From the NCBI GenBank assembly GCA_950097015.1, contig CATNEN010000038.1:24304001-24368000 (forward strand): a stretch of DNA of 64,000 bases, given 5' to 3'. Made by a program: the position numbers and the translations under genes. The notes beneath the pieces are model-generated. The model was not told the DNA's origin and searched no databases. It saw only the letters and a program-made list of their open reading frames with translations. Positions 46,591 to 61,500 of the stretch are shown in pieces. Positions within the stretch are counted from its first letter, which is position 1. Each line of letters begins with the position of its first letter. The DNA is from Macrostomum hystrix. Its lineage: Eukaryota > Animalia > Platyhelminthes.

Positions 46591-49500
46591 TTACAGGTGT
46601 GTGACTCCTTCTTCGACCTCCTCCTTGCAGTCGGCTAGTTCGCACAATGTCCGATGATGTTGCACTGGCACTGAACCAACGCCAGAGCTGTTCAACGCTG
46701 TGTAGTCACTATTATAGGCTGTGGCGCAGCTGATTCGTCTGTCTGTGTCGCCTCCACTAGCTGGCCCGACGTCGTACGTCACTCGGGACCTCGGCTTCCA
46801 AATCGGACTGGCTGCGGCGGCAGTGGCGCCGGCGGTGCTTCCGGTAGCGAATTTCAGAGGCGTTGAACTGGCGTAGAGCAGCCTAGCCGAGTTGCGCCCA
46901 GTGTCTGCGCTATTCAAGGAACTATTGTACAGTGTTGATGAACTCGACGCTGCCGTGGCTTGCGGAGGCGGAGGCTGCTGATGCGGCAGCGGCGGCGGGG
47001 AAGACTGGTGCTGCGATGGTAGCTGCGGTAGTGGCGGCCTTGCGGCCTCGTCAGCAGCGGCCGCTGTGATGAGGTCCGAGCAGGTCTTACTTCTGGCTGC
47101 GGCTAGCAGCTGCTCCGTGGCCGCCACTGCGTCTGCAGCCGTAACGGCACCGCTGACGCCATAGGCTCCGCCGCTGCCGCTGAAGTTTCCACTGTGTCGA
47201 GAGGTGGTCAGCTGAATCGGCGGATCAGGACGTGCCGTCAGACGATGATCACTGCCTCTGCCGTATGAGGCCAACGATCGCGACTGATGCTCGCGATGCG
47301 GCTGCACCGCTGGCAGACTCATTTGGCGCACGCTGTCACGAATCATCTGCCGGATAGTCTTCAGGAAGTCATTTCTAGCAGCCACAGATCTGCATTCATT
47401 TAGAATAATTATTTATAGACTTTTAGTGTGAAATTGCAAATATTTTGGTTGAATGCCCAAGGGATTTTAATATAGTTAGGTAAACACGCAGCTAACGATG
47501 CAAAGCTGTTAGCGATCTGGCGATCTGACGATCTGGCGCCCCATGGGAAATTAAAGTGGAGTGGAAACTCGATGATGGAGCAGCAACTGTTCCACTTTAG
47601 ACCATCAGGGGACAATTCCCCTGAGGATTTTTTCCAGGGGTGTTAAATAACTGCTAAAGAAACTATTAACAATTACAGGGAAAGTGACATTTTGCCAACT
47701 ACCGACCTCACTGCTATCAAACGTACTCCAAGTTCGAGCACTTTGAGTATATTTTTTATGAAAACCAACGATCCTGGTACGACCATCGACTAAAATATAA
47801 AAGAGTGCTGCTGAGCACTACGAGCCTGTTAGACACGAACGAGCCTGTTAGACACTAACGAGCCTGTTAGACACTAAGTAGCTTGTTAGACACTAACGAG
47901 CCTGTAAGACACTAAGTAGCTTGTTAGACACTAACGAGCCTGTTAGACACTAACGAGCCTGTTAGACACTAACGAGCCTGTAAGACACTAAGTAGCCTGT
48001 TAGACACTAACGAGCCTGTTAGACACTAAGTAGCCTGCTAGACACTAACGAGCCTGTTAGACACTAACGAGCCTGTTAGACACTAACGAGCCTGTTAGAC
48101 ACTAAGTAGCTTGTTAGACACTAACGAGCCTGTAAGACACTAAGTAGCCTGTTAGACACTAACGAGCCTGTTAGACACTAAGTAGCCTGCTAGACACTAA
48201 CGAGCCTGTTAGACACTAACGAGCCTGTTAGACACTAAGTAGCCTGCTAGACACTAAGTAGCTTGTTAGACACTAACGAGCCTGTTAGACACTAACGAGC
48301 CTGTTAGACACCAACGAGCCTGTTAGACACTAACGAGCCTGTTAGACACTAAGTAGCTTGTTAGACACTAACGAGCCTGTTAGACACTAACGAGCCTGTT
48401 AGACACTAACGAGCCTGTTAGACACTAACGAGCCTGTTAGACACCAACTAGCCTGTTAGACACTAACGAGCCTGTTAGACACTAACGAGCCTGTTAGACA
48501 CTAACGAGCCTGTTAGACACTAACGAGCTTGTGAGACACTTACGAGCCTGTGAGACACTAACGAGCCTGTGAGACACTAACGAGCCTGTGAGACACTAAC
48601 GAGCCTGTGAGACACTAACGAGCCTGTGAGACACTAACGAGCCTGTTAGACACTAACGAGCCTGTTAGGCACTAACGAGCCTGTTAGACACTAACGAGCC
48701 TGTTAGACACTAACGAGCCTGTTAGACACTCACGAGCCTGTTAGACACCAACGAGCCTGTTAGACACTAACGAGCCTGTTAGACACTAACGAGCCTGTTA
48801 GACACTAAGTAGCCTGTTAGACACTAAGTAGCCTGTTAGACACTAACGAGTCTGTTAGACACTAAGTAGCCTGCTAGACACTAACGAGCCTGTTAGACAC
48901 TAACGAGCCTGTTAGACACTAAGTAGCCTGCTAGACACTCACGAGCCTGTTAGACACTAACGAGCCTGTTAGACACTAACGAGCCTGTTAGACACTAACG
49001 AGCCTGTTAGACACCAACGAGCCTGTTAGACACTAACGAGCCTGTTAGACACCAACTAGCCTGTTAGACACTAACGAGCCTGTTAGACACTAACGAGCCT
49101 GTTAGACACTAACGAGCCTGTTAGACACTAACGAGCCTGTTAGACACCAACTAGCCTGTTAGACACTAAGTAGCCTGTTAGACACTAACGAGCTTGTGAG
49201 ACACTTACGAGCCTGTGAGACACTAACGAGCCTGTGAGACACTAACGAGCCTGTTAGACACTAACGAGCCTGTTAGGCACTAACGAGCCTGTTAGACACT
49301 AACGAGCCTGTTAGACACTAACGAGCCTGTTAGACACTCACGAGCCTGTTAGACACCAACGAGCCTGTTAGACACTAACGAGCCTGTTAGACACTAACGA
49401 GCCTGTTAGACACTAACGAGCCTGTGAGACACTAACGAGCCTGTTAGACACTAAGTAGCCTGTTAGACACTAACGAGCCTGTTAGACACTAACGAGTCTG

Positions 49501-52500
49501 TTAGACACTAACGAGCCTGTTAGACACTAACGAGCCTGTTAGACACTCACGAGCCTGTTAGACACTAACGAGCCTGTTAGGCACTAACGAGCCTGTTAGA
49601 CACTAACGAGCCTGTTAGACACTAACGAGCCTGTTAGACACTAACGAGCCTGTTAGGCACTAACGAGCCTGTTAGACACTAACGAGCCTGTTAGACACTA
49701 ACGAGCCTGTTAGACACTCACGAGCCTGTTAGACACTAACTTGTTTGAGACTACAAAACATAAAAGTCCGCAAGAAACCCCTTAGACAAGTTAAAGCCTG
49801 TCAGACATTAACAAGCGTGTTGTAAATTGCTTACTAAAACTGTTGTACGCTCACACACCTGTTAGACAGCTGGTAGACTTTTTCCGGCCGTCGCTCCGCG
49901 TCAGATCGCAGATGAACCAACTCCCACAGATTCAGGTCCATGCTGGTAGTACCAGGACCTCTGCTTGAAGATGAGCGAGTCCTAACTGCAACTTCGGCCA
50001 CCGGCATCACGGTTTGAAATCGCACCACAGCACGCCCGCCATTGCTTGTGTTCTCGTAGTTACTTCCGACTGACTGTTGCTGCGAGTTTATTTTGCTGCG
50101 AGTTTATTGCTAAGCTGCGAATTTTGTACACAAAACCCTTAATAGCAATGAAAACCTAGAACGCTGGCTAAAATTTTCCGGTCTATACGATGAAACAACA
50201 ACCAAAACCACAACTTTGGTTTTGCTGGGCATAACTTTTCTGCTCACAAAATGTCACCGAGGAACCATGTCGGCTATGATTGTTGATTGATTTGTTTGAT
50301 TATTGTTTTGAAGTTGTTACTTTTTTTATGATTAAACCAATATGAATTCGCAATATAGCGTGGTATTTATAGCGTGGTATTTATAGCGTGGTATTTATAG
50401 CGTGGTATTTATTGCGTGGTATTTATAGCGTGGTATTTATAGCGTGGTATTTATAGTGTGGTATTTATAGCGTGGTATTTATAGCGTGGTATTTATAGCG
50501 TGGTATTTATCGCGTGGTATTTATAGCGTGGTATTTATAGCGTGGTATTTATAGCGTGGTATTTATAGCGTGGTATTTATAGCGTGGTATTTATAGTGTG
50601 GTATTTATAGCGTGGTATTTATAGCGTGGTATTTATAGTGTGGTATTTATAGCGTGGTATTTATAGTGTGGTATTTATAGTGTGGTATTTATAGCGTGGT
50701 ATTTATAGCGTGGTATTTATAGCGTGGTATTTATTGCGTGGTATTTATAGCGTGGTATTTATAGCGTGGTATTTATAGTGTGGTATTTATAGCGTGGTAT
50801 TTATAGCGTGGTATTTATAGCGTGGTATTTATCGCGTGGTATTTATAGCGTGGTATTTATAGCGTGGTATTTATAGCGTGGTATTTATAGCGTGGTATTT
50901 ATAGTGTGGTATTTATAGCGTGGTATTTATAGCGTGGTATTTATAGTGTGGTATTTATAGCGTGGTATTTATAGTGTGGTATTTATAGTGTGGTATTTAT
51001 AGCGTGGTATTTATAGCGTGGTATTTATAGCGTGGTATTTATAGCGTGGTATTTATAGCGTGGTATTTATTGCGTGGTATTTATAGCGTGGTATTTATAG
51101 CGTGGTATTTATAGTGTGGTATTTATAGCGTGGTATTTATAGCGTGGTATTTATAGCGTGGTATTTATCGCGTGGTATTTATAGCGTGGTATTTATAGCG
51201 TGGTATTTATAGCGTGGTATTTATAGTGTGGTATTTATAGTGTGGTATTTATAGTGTGGTATTTATAGCGTGGTATTTATAGTGTCGTATTTATAGTGTG
51301 GTATTTATAGCGTGGTATTTATAGCGTGGTATTTATAGCGTGGTATTTATAGCGTGGTATTTATAGCGTGGTATTTATCGCGTGGTATTTATAGCGTGGT
51401 ATTTATAGCGTGGTATTTATAGCGTGGTATTTATAGTGTGGTATTTATAGTGTGGTATTTATAGTGTGGTATTTATAGCGTGGTATTTATAGTGTCGTAT
51501 TTATAGTGTGGTATTTATAGCGTGGTATTTATAGCGTGGTATTTATAGTGTGGTATTTATAGTGTGGTATTTATTGCGTGGTATTTATAGCGTGGTATTT
51601 TTTGCGTGGTATTTATAGCGTGGTATTTATTGCGTGGTATTTATAGTGTGGTATTTATAGTGTGGTATTTATAGCGTGGTATTTATAGTGTCGTATTTAT
51701 AGTGTGGTATTTATAGCGTGGTATTTATCGCGTGGTATTTATAGCGTGGTATTTATAGCGTGGTATTTATAGCGTGGTATTTATAGTGTGGTATTTATAG
51801 TGTGGTATTTATAGTGTGGTATTTATAGCGTGGTATTTATAGTGTCGTATTTATAGTGTGGTATTTATAGCGTGGTATTTATAGCGTGGTATTTATAGTG
51901 TGGTATTTATAGTGTGGTATTTATTGCGTGGTATTTATAGCGTGGTATTTTTTGCGTGGTATTTATAGCGTGGTATTTATTGCGTGGTATTTATAGTGTG
52001 GTATTTATAGCGTGGTATTTATAGCGTGGTATTTATAGTGTCGTATTTATAGTGTGGTATTTATAGCGTGGTATTTATAGCGTGGTATTTATAGTGTGGT
52101 ATTTATAGTGTGGTATTTATTGCGTGGTATTTATAGCGTGGTATTTTTTGCGTGGTATTTATAGCGTGGTATTTATTGCGTGGTATTTATAGTGTGGTAT
52201 TTATAGTGTGGTATTTAGAGCGTGGTATTTATAGTGTCGTATTTATAGTGTGGTATTTATAGCGTGGTATTTATAGCGTGGTATTTATAGCGTGGTATTT
52301 ATAGCGTGGTATTTATAGTGTGGTATTTATAGTGTGGTATTTATAGTGTGGTATTTATAGCGTGGTATTTATAGTGTCGTATTTATAGTGTGGTATTTAT
52401 AGCGTGGTATTTATAGTGTGGTATTTATAGCGTGGTATTTATAGTGTGGTATTTATAGCGTGGTATTTATAGCGTGGTATTTATAGCGTGGTATTTATAG

Positions 52501-55500
52501 TGTGGTATTTATAGTGTGGTATTTATAGTGTGGTATTTATAGCGTGGTATTTATAGTGTGGTATTTATAGCGTGGTATTTATTGCGTGGTATTTATAGCG
52601 TGGTATTTATTGCGTGGTATTTATAGCGTGGTATTTATAGCGTGGTATTTATAGCGTGGTATTTATAGTGTGGTATTTATAGTGTGGTATTTATAGCGTG
52701 GTATTTATAGTGTGGTATTTATAGTGTGGTATTTAAAGCGTGGTATTTATAGTGTGGTATTTATAGCGTGGTATTTATAGCGTGGTATTTATTGCGTGGT
52801 ATTTATAGCGTGGTATTTATAGTGTGGTATTTATAGCGTGGTATTTATAGTGTGGTATTTATAGCGTGGTATTTATAGTGTGGTATTTATAGTGTGGTAT
52901 TTATAGCGTGGTATTTATAGTGTGGTATTTATAGTGTGGTATTTATAGCGTGGTATTTATAGTGTCGTATTTATAGTGTGGTATTTATAGCGTGGTATTT
53001 ATAGTGTGGTATTTATAGCGTGGTATTTATCGCGTGGTATTTATAGCGTGGTATTTATAGCGTGGTATTTATCGCGTGGTATTTATAGCGTGGTATTTAT
53101 TGCGTGGTATTTATAGCGTGGTATTTATAGTGTGGTATTTATAGTGTGGTATTTATAGTGTGGTATTTATAGCGTGGTATTTATAGTGTGGTATTTATAG
53201 CGTGGTATTTATAGTGTGGTATTTATAGTGTGGTATTTATTGCGTGGTATTTATAGCGTGGTATTTATTGCGTGGTATTTATAGCGTGGTATTTATCGCG
53301 TGGTATTTATAGCGTGGTATTTATTGCGTGGTATTTATAGTGTGGTATTTATAGTGTGGTATTTATAGCGTGGTATTTATAGTGTGGTATTTATAGTGTG
53401 GTATTTATAGCGTGGTATTTCTACAGCTAAAAGCGTCCTCATACCTTGGAGTTTTTTTTCGGCTTGCTGCTCGGGCGAGTCACCGGCTCGCAGCACAGCA
53501 GGACCACCACACTCTTGAACACTAGGCAGGTGGTCTCGAGTTCGGTGTTCTTTTTTAGCTTGCCGAGATTGTCGCCAGCGTTGAGCCAATCAACTCTGCC
53601 GCACATCTGTAACTCGCCAATGCTCAAGTCGACGTTCTGCTTTCATAAGCGGGGGATTTTAATTCAATATTTGTTAGCTATGTAGAAAATTATCTTTTAA
53701 CTACACTGAAAGCGTAAAATCTGGTAACTCAAGCTTACAAGCTTTGCGAAAAACTTTGAGACTTTGAGCAGATATTTCAAATATGCAAAAGATAGTGCAG
53801 GGTAAATAGCTTAAATCACGATTTAAGAAGGTCGTGAGTTCTTTCCCCGACTCCACTGGAACAATTTGTGTCGTTTAGGAAGACACCTAACTATAGGGTC
53901 CATGGACTGAACAGCCGTACGCAGCCATAATTTTTCTTTCCTTGTGACAGAAAAATCAAGTGGTCAACATAGAACGAAAAAAGCACTTTATTTTTAAGAC
54001 ATCTTTTACCTTTTTATTAGGATACGATTCGCGGAAAATGCGACTCAATTCTTCGACGATTTCGCCAAACTTTTCAAAGATCCGCTGCATTTCGTTGATG
54101 TGCCCGGCAGCGATTTGCATGCCGCGATGAGCGCCTGATTAGAATTATAATGCATGTGCAATAACTTAATTTACCATTGATAGATTTTACTGGAAATATT
54201 CACACCATTCTACTCACTAAGTAGCAGGTTTTGCTCTTCGCTTCCGGCGACCAGTTGCGAGCTAATATTTTGCAAGAGTAGCGGATATCTCCCAATTCGC
54301 TGAATAGGCTTGATCAGCAGAGAATTCAACGAGGAGGATTGTTGATCCTGTTGAGGATTTCGGCTAGCCAGGAACTCCTTTAGGATCAGATTTTGGCCTG
54401 TAAAAGGTAAGCACATATTTTGGATTTAAAAATATGATTAAACCAATCCTGCCACTCCTGCCTTCTCTGTCACTCCTGCCTTCTCTGTCACTCCTGCCTT
54501 CTGTGTCACTCCTGCCTTCTCTGTCACTCCTGCCTTCTCTGTCACTCCTGCCTTGTCTGTCACTCCTGCCTTGTCTGTCACTCCTGCCTTCTCTGTCACT
54601 CCTGCCTTCTCTGTCACTCGTGCCTTGTCTGTCACTCCTGTCTTCTCTGTTACTCCTGCCTTCTCTGTCACTCCTGCCTTGTCTGTCACTCCTGCCTTCT
54701 CTGTCACTCCTGCCTTCTCTGTCACTCCTGCCTTCTCTGTCACTCCTGCCTTGTCTGTCACTCCTGCCTTCTCTGTCACTCCTGCCTTGTCTGTCATAAT
54801 GACTAGGTCAAAGCTATGTAAAAAATCTCATCACCTTCGCAGCGCAGTCTCACCTGAGTTAATCAGCCTCTGACACTTTGTGTAGGAGGCGCAGAAAGTG
54901 CTGTACAGCTTGAAATTATCGGCGTGGAGAATAAAAGAACCGGCCAAATATTGTAAAATATTCTGCGGAATAAAAAGGCACAGTTTCAGTGACCAATATC
55001 AGTTGGTCAGTTGGCTTCCTTCGATTGGGCTAAATATTTATGAGCTTAGAATAAGAAATATTACAGCGACTTCTGATTGGTTGTTATTCCGGAGCGCCAT
55101 TCTGACGTTTCAAGTGAATTATTTAGCAATTTAATTAATGTAGACACAAGTATTAACAGTAGAGCTACCAAGGGGGCAGTTCATCTACCAGAAGCTTTTT
55201 GTTGCACCCGAACGGAACAACGCAAGCACACGTCAAGAACGTCACAGGCCAAAATTTTGTGCTCATCTTTTTAAACAAGAATCAATTCGCCAGCTCTTCA
55301 AACTGTTGAAATATTTGACGTTTCTGGCCGAAGGTCAGATTTTTCCCATAAGCCTAAGTGCAGTTCATACACCCCTATACACAAATTAGCACTGTGCCTC
55401 AGTGCGGCCTTGCCAGGCCTTTAAAATTGATCAGCATGTCACCCGAATGCCTGCATCATCTCCGTCTCCGGTGGTCACCCACCTTTATCTAGACGGACTG

Positions 55501-58500
55501 CTGGACCTTCAAGGGCTACAACAGGTGGAACTAGGGCACCATCGCCTAATCTGTCAACCAATCAGTCACCACCCAACGCTGTTAGCATTCAGGCGCTGCC
55601 AAAAAAATTCAGGGGGTATAAAACGGGCGGCAATATTGCTTGGTAGTCCAACTGCCTTCCTCAGCTTCCTCAGAGGTTTGGCAGTTCCTCACCTTGAACT
55701 GCCCGGGCTCTGTGAACCGTTGCATATTCGGCTCCGTTCTCACAGCGTCCTCCAGTGACGTAAGAAACATCTGCTGAAATTGCAAAATCTCTTCCGTTGT
55801 TTTGGTCAACTGTTCCAGCTCCTCGTATTTGGGCAAGCCGAGCTGTCTCATTGGCAGCAGATAGGTTTGCAGAAGAAAGTGTAGGTAGCCAACAAAAGTC
55901 CGCTCAGTGTCCAACAATTCAAAGATGCCCCGGCGCAGTCGCTCTTGACTAGGCAATTGCGATTGGTCGTGCAGCTCTGAACCGTCGCGAGATTGGTCAG
56001 ACAAATCCGAGTCTCGATTGCGATTGGCTGAGACTGACACACCGGAAAATGCCTGCCGAGAGAAATTTATTGAGGCTTGTTATTGGCGAATCCAGAAATA
56101 AAGTGCATTGGCTGCAGGATCTTTTAGAAGGGATTAGGAAGTTCCTGTTAATCTTTCAGTGATCATAATGCAATACCACCTGGCTCTTGATCAAAGATTT
56201 GCCAACTTGCCTAGATACCACCTGGTCCTTCACACCGATTTATAAAAAGGGTTCCCGTAGTGACCCCAAAAACTACAGACCCATAAGCGTGCTGCCTGCC
56301 CTGGCTCGCCTGTTTGCCTCACTTATCTATGAAAAGCTAGAAACTCATATTCGCACCCTCGACTTGCTTTCAGCCAGTCAAATAGGAAATAGAAAGGGCT
56401 ACCGAACTTCAGACCACATTGCCACTCTCTTGACGTTGATCCACAACAAAAAGCGTCGCAAAAGACCATTTCACTTAGTGTTCTTTGACTTAAAAAGCGC
56501 ATTTGACATGGTCCACCATCCAACACTTTTCCAACGACTTAGGGAGTTAAAGGTCAGCCCAGAAATAATCGAAGCAATACAAGCATGTACTCAGGAGCTA
56601 AATTCCAACTGAAGATCTCAGATGGCCAAGCAACTAAGGCAAGGAGCATAACAAATGGAGTAAGACAAGGCTGTCCCCTATCCCCTCTACTCTTCTCACT
56701 CTATATAGATCCTTTGAGCACAATGCTAAGGGATTCATTTCGCAGCGACACCTTCATTAAAGATGAACAAATCAACAACTTGCTATACTGCGATGATTTT
56801 GTGATCTTTGGAGAGAATCCTCGAGAGTTGCAGAAGGGCCTCGATAAAGTGTCAGAATTTTGTCAGAGCCACAAGCTAGAAATCAATATGCAAAAAACTA
56901 AGGTTATTAGCTGTTGCCCTGACCCATCAAAGACGGCTAACAAACTATTTCTGCAGGGACAACTGTTAGATAGCGTCAAAGAATGGAAATATCTTGGCTT
57001 TCACATCAATGCTAAAGGAACCGTGGATTCCCATGCCACAGAGATTAACAAAAAATGTGGATATCCTATTCTTCTCTTAAGGAAATTAGCCAGCCATGGG
57101 GCGGTCAGATACAATCAGCTCATGCTGTACTGCACAGCAATGATAGAAAGCATAGCTCTGTACGCCTCTGAGGCCTGGGGGGCTTTTGTCTCGTGGAACC
57201 TGGGTCCTTGGGACCGCTGTCTTTTTGAAAGAGTAAACATCAGGTGCTGTAAAGCCATACTACAAGTCAGCCAAAATACGGATGGCAACGGGGCCCGCTC
57301 GGAGTTAGGCAGATTGCCTTTATTATACAACATCCAGAAAAGAAGCATTTCGTACTGGGCCTCCATAACAAGCCGGCCGGACTCCATAATTTCCAAGTTA
57401 TTGGCGGACCAAACATACAGTGATTTTGGAATCAAAGCAAAGACCAACAATGACGTTATGCTGAACTGCAGAGGCATTAGTCCTGCAAAAGCAATTGGAA
57501 ACCACAGGAAAAATTTCGTTTCTCAGTTCGATACCCATTGGAGACAAAGGACACAGAACTCAAGCAAGCTAAGTCACTTCTATTACTCCTTCAAGCAATA
57601 TTATTCAGCCGAAAAATATTTACAACAAATATACAACCCGGAGTGGAGACGTACCAAATCCTCGTTTAGACTAGGAAACCATAAGCTAGCTTGCGAAACA
57701 TTGCGAACTGCGAGACCGAAAATTCCGTATGTAAATAGATTATGTAGTAAGTGCAAAACAGAAGTTGAAAACGAGGTCCACTTCCTTTTTAAGTGCACTT
57801 GGAATAAATATAGCGCAGCACGTTCGAAATTTGAGACGGAAGTTTCTGGGAAAACCCCCAATTTCATATCCTTAACAGCAGAAGAAAAATCTAACTACAT
57901 AATGGCTCAAGACGATAGGGAAACCGCTGAAGCTTTAGCAAAATACATCATAGAAATATCTAAAATAAGGGAACAGCTGCCCTGAGACTACGAGATCTTA
58001 CTAGCATTCAACAATAGATATTTCATATTTTGTTTTATCCCTGCCGTCCCTTGTGTTTTTACTGCTCTTATTTTTAATACCTTTGCTTTCCCTTCCCAGC
58101 TCGATATTTGATTCCTACTAAACTTCGCTTTTTATGTTGCTTTTCGTTGTTCATTTAAATGTGTTGTTAAAAAAAATATAATAAAAAAAATCAGCACCCA
58201 TAGATGGCGTGCGCGTTTTAATAATAATAATAATAATAACACTAACAATTACTACCCGATTTTTTACCTGATATTAACTTATTAACAAGGTTTATTTAGC
58301 ATATTATACGAGCGTATGTGTTCCATGATGCATTAGTAATTTACCGTGTCATTTAAAATAGGTTGACTCGGTTTTGAGGGCGTCTGCACCTGCGACATTT
58401 GCATCGCAGCAAACTGCTGCTGCTGCTGTTGTAGCAGCTTCTGTTGCTGCTGCTGCTCCGAGGATGACAGTGGCAACGATTGCGACGGCGGTGGCAACGA

Positions 58501-61500
58501 CTGCAGCTGCTGATTTATCGGACCCTTGCACGACCAAACCAGTAGAGTCAAACTCGAGCTCTGCTCAAACAGATCCTCAATGTAGCCCATGTCCAACCGG
58601 CGAACAGGACTGTCGTTCACCATGACGATTTCGTCTCCAATGTTTAATCCGGCCTCTTCAGCGGCGCTGCCTGGCTCAACCTCGGCTACGAAGACGCACA
58701 GATCGTCCCGATGCTCGACATCTTCGCACAGTTCAGCCTCGACAGTCATGCCGTAGTGCCGGTTGCCAGCCTTTTTGTGGATGACGCATTCGTAGACCCA
58801 CTTTTCGCACAGTTCAGCTAGTTGAAACTCCTGCAGATGTTTTTCATTTCGATCTAGAAATAAACTTATGTTGATCGTGTTTAAAATCTGGAAATAAACA
58901 AAATCACTTTGTTATAATCATTATATATATATCGGAAGTCACTAAAATGACGCCTGTACATGAACATCATGCTCTTTGTATTAAATCGTAGCTAATCTAA
59001 ACGTTTGTAAAACTAATGTACGTGCATCATCGATTTTGTTTTCCTGTTTCCGCGCGCATCTTATAGAACATCACACCAACCTCACTCCACCAGCAACCCC
59101 ACTCTGTGTACTCATTGCACGATACACATGCGTGTACGAAAATAGCACAAAGATCACTGACCAATCGGTGAATCGTGTGTGAGTTTATTTAGGTCGAATT
59201 GTGAACTCACAACTGCTAACACGTGTCTAATAGTGTGAAAATACTCGAACTCCAGTGAAATAACGGTTGTTTTACATGGATATTTTTGTGTAGGTTTACT
59301 CTCTCAGACAATTAGCGTATAATGATTGAGCTGTAGATAATTGAAGTGAAACATATCAACTGTGCTTCTGTACCAGCAGCTAAAACTATTGGTTTTCATG
59401 CCGTGTACAAATTAGATATCGCCTGGCCGTCTGGTCATTCGGTAATTCTGTCCCTCTGTCATTCTGTCCCTCTGTCATTCTGTCCCTCTGTCATTCTGTC
59501 CCTCTGTCATTCTGTCCCTCTGTCATTCTGTCCCTCTGTCATTCTGTCCCTCTATCATTCTGTCCCTCTATCATTCTGTCCCTCTGTCATTCTGTCCCTC
59601 TGTCACTCTGTCCCACTGTCATTCTGTCCCTCTGTCATTCTGTCCCTCTATCATTCTGTCCCTCTATCATTCTGTCCCACTGTCATTCTGTCCCTCTGTC
59701 ATTCTGTCCCTCTGTCATTCTGTCCCTCTGTCATTCTGTCCCTCTATCATTCTGTCCCTCTGTCATTCTGTCCCTCTATCATTCTGTCCCTCTCTCATTC
59801 TGTCCCTCTGTCATTCTGTCCCTCTATCATTCTGTCCCTCTGTCATTCTGTCCCTCTATCATTCTGTCCCTCTGTCATTCTGTCCCACTGTCATTATGTC
59901 CCTCTATCATTCTGTCCCTCTGTCATTCTGTCCCTCTGTCATTCTGTCCCTCTGTCATTCTGTCCCACTGTCATTCTGTCCTTCTGTCATTCTGTCCCTC
60001 TGTCATTCTGTCCCTCTGTCATTCTGTCCCTCTATCATTCTGTCCCTCTGTCATTCTGTCCCTCTATCATTCTGTCCCTCTGTCACTCTGTCCCACTGTC
60101 ATTCTGTCCCTCTGTCATTCTGTCCCTCTGTCATACTGTCCCTCTGTCATTCTGTCCCTCTGTCATTCTGTCCCTCTGTCATTCTGTCCCTCTGTCATTC
60201 TGTCCCTCTGTCATTCTGTCCCTCTGTCATTCTGTCCCTCTGTCATTCTGTCCCACTGTCATTCTGTCCCTCTGTCATTCTATCCCTCTATCATTCTGTC
60301 CCACTGTCATTCTGTCCAAATGCTCTAAAATTATCTACACACACTGCAGACACTATTAAAATGCTACAGACGGGTTTATAAAGGTGTGCGAGTTAAAAGC
60401 TAACAGTAATCTACAGGCGGAGATAAAGGTATAAGCTATCTACCACTCAAGAGATGTGAAGCAACCGGTTTCTAAAGCTACTTACTCGAAATATCCACTG
60501 ACGTTACATAATCTTCGTGGAAAATATACAGATGGCATAGCGAAGATAAAAAAGCAACACTACTTTTTGAGACCTACAATGAGCTTGCTGCAAATGCTGA
60601 TAGACTGATCACAGTCCGGACACACCAGCGTCTGTTGAAATTGTGTTTCGCGGTCGCGATCGGTTAGTTAAGATTTTCTAAAACTTCTGTTTTTAACTAT
60701 AAAAGTGAAATAAGCATATTATAGTGTGCACTTTTACCGGAATGTAAAAGTTGCAAGTTAGCAGAAAATTAACAGTATAAATATTGTCTTTAATCTTCAT
60801 AAGTTAACTATATGCAGCTCATGAAGTCGTTAGTACTAAACGCTCTTCTACCTAAAAAGCTGTAGAAAACTGGTGTCTTACTTCGAGTAGTAGTATAAAC
60901 GTCGAAGTTATTGGATTATTGTGCAATTTTATCAGTACGCACATCAGAAAGACATAAAATTTGCAGGTCAGATAATTAGGTATCTTACTAGTACTAAATT
61001 CAATTAGTGTCGTTATTGAACAGACTTATTAATACTGGTCAAGAGTTTATTTAGTGCTTTAATTAGGATAACTGAAGTAATCTTGATGCGTTTCTTAAAC
61101 TAATTTTTTATTATTAAAGTTTATAAAGCCTCCAGAGCTTGAAAAAAAATTGTTTGGCATTGGTCCGTTGATAAGCGTTAATGAGTGTTATTTTTTCCTA
61201 ACTTTTAGTGGTCTTACATTGAACTTTTAGGCTTTTAGATCTTTTTACTTAAATTTCAAGTTTTTTCCTAATTTAACGACTGCATGGTGTGGTCCGTCAG
61301 TTAATTTCTAAGTTTCTCGAAGTTTTTTTTATCTCCGGAAATGTGTAAATCGGGGAAGCCTTCTCTTCCTTCCGGATTTATTTTTACGATAACGACAATC
61401 GTTTTTGCGTAAATGCGTAAGTGTTTAAATACTCATATTATTCAAATAAAATTAAAGAATGGTGTAAACTAGGTGTATGTCACGTTTTATTAAAGGCTTC

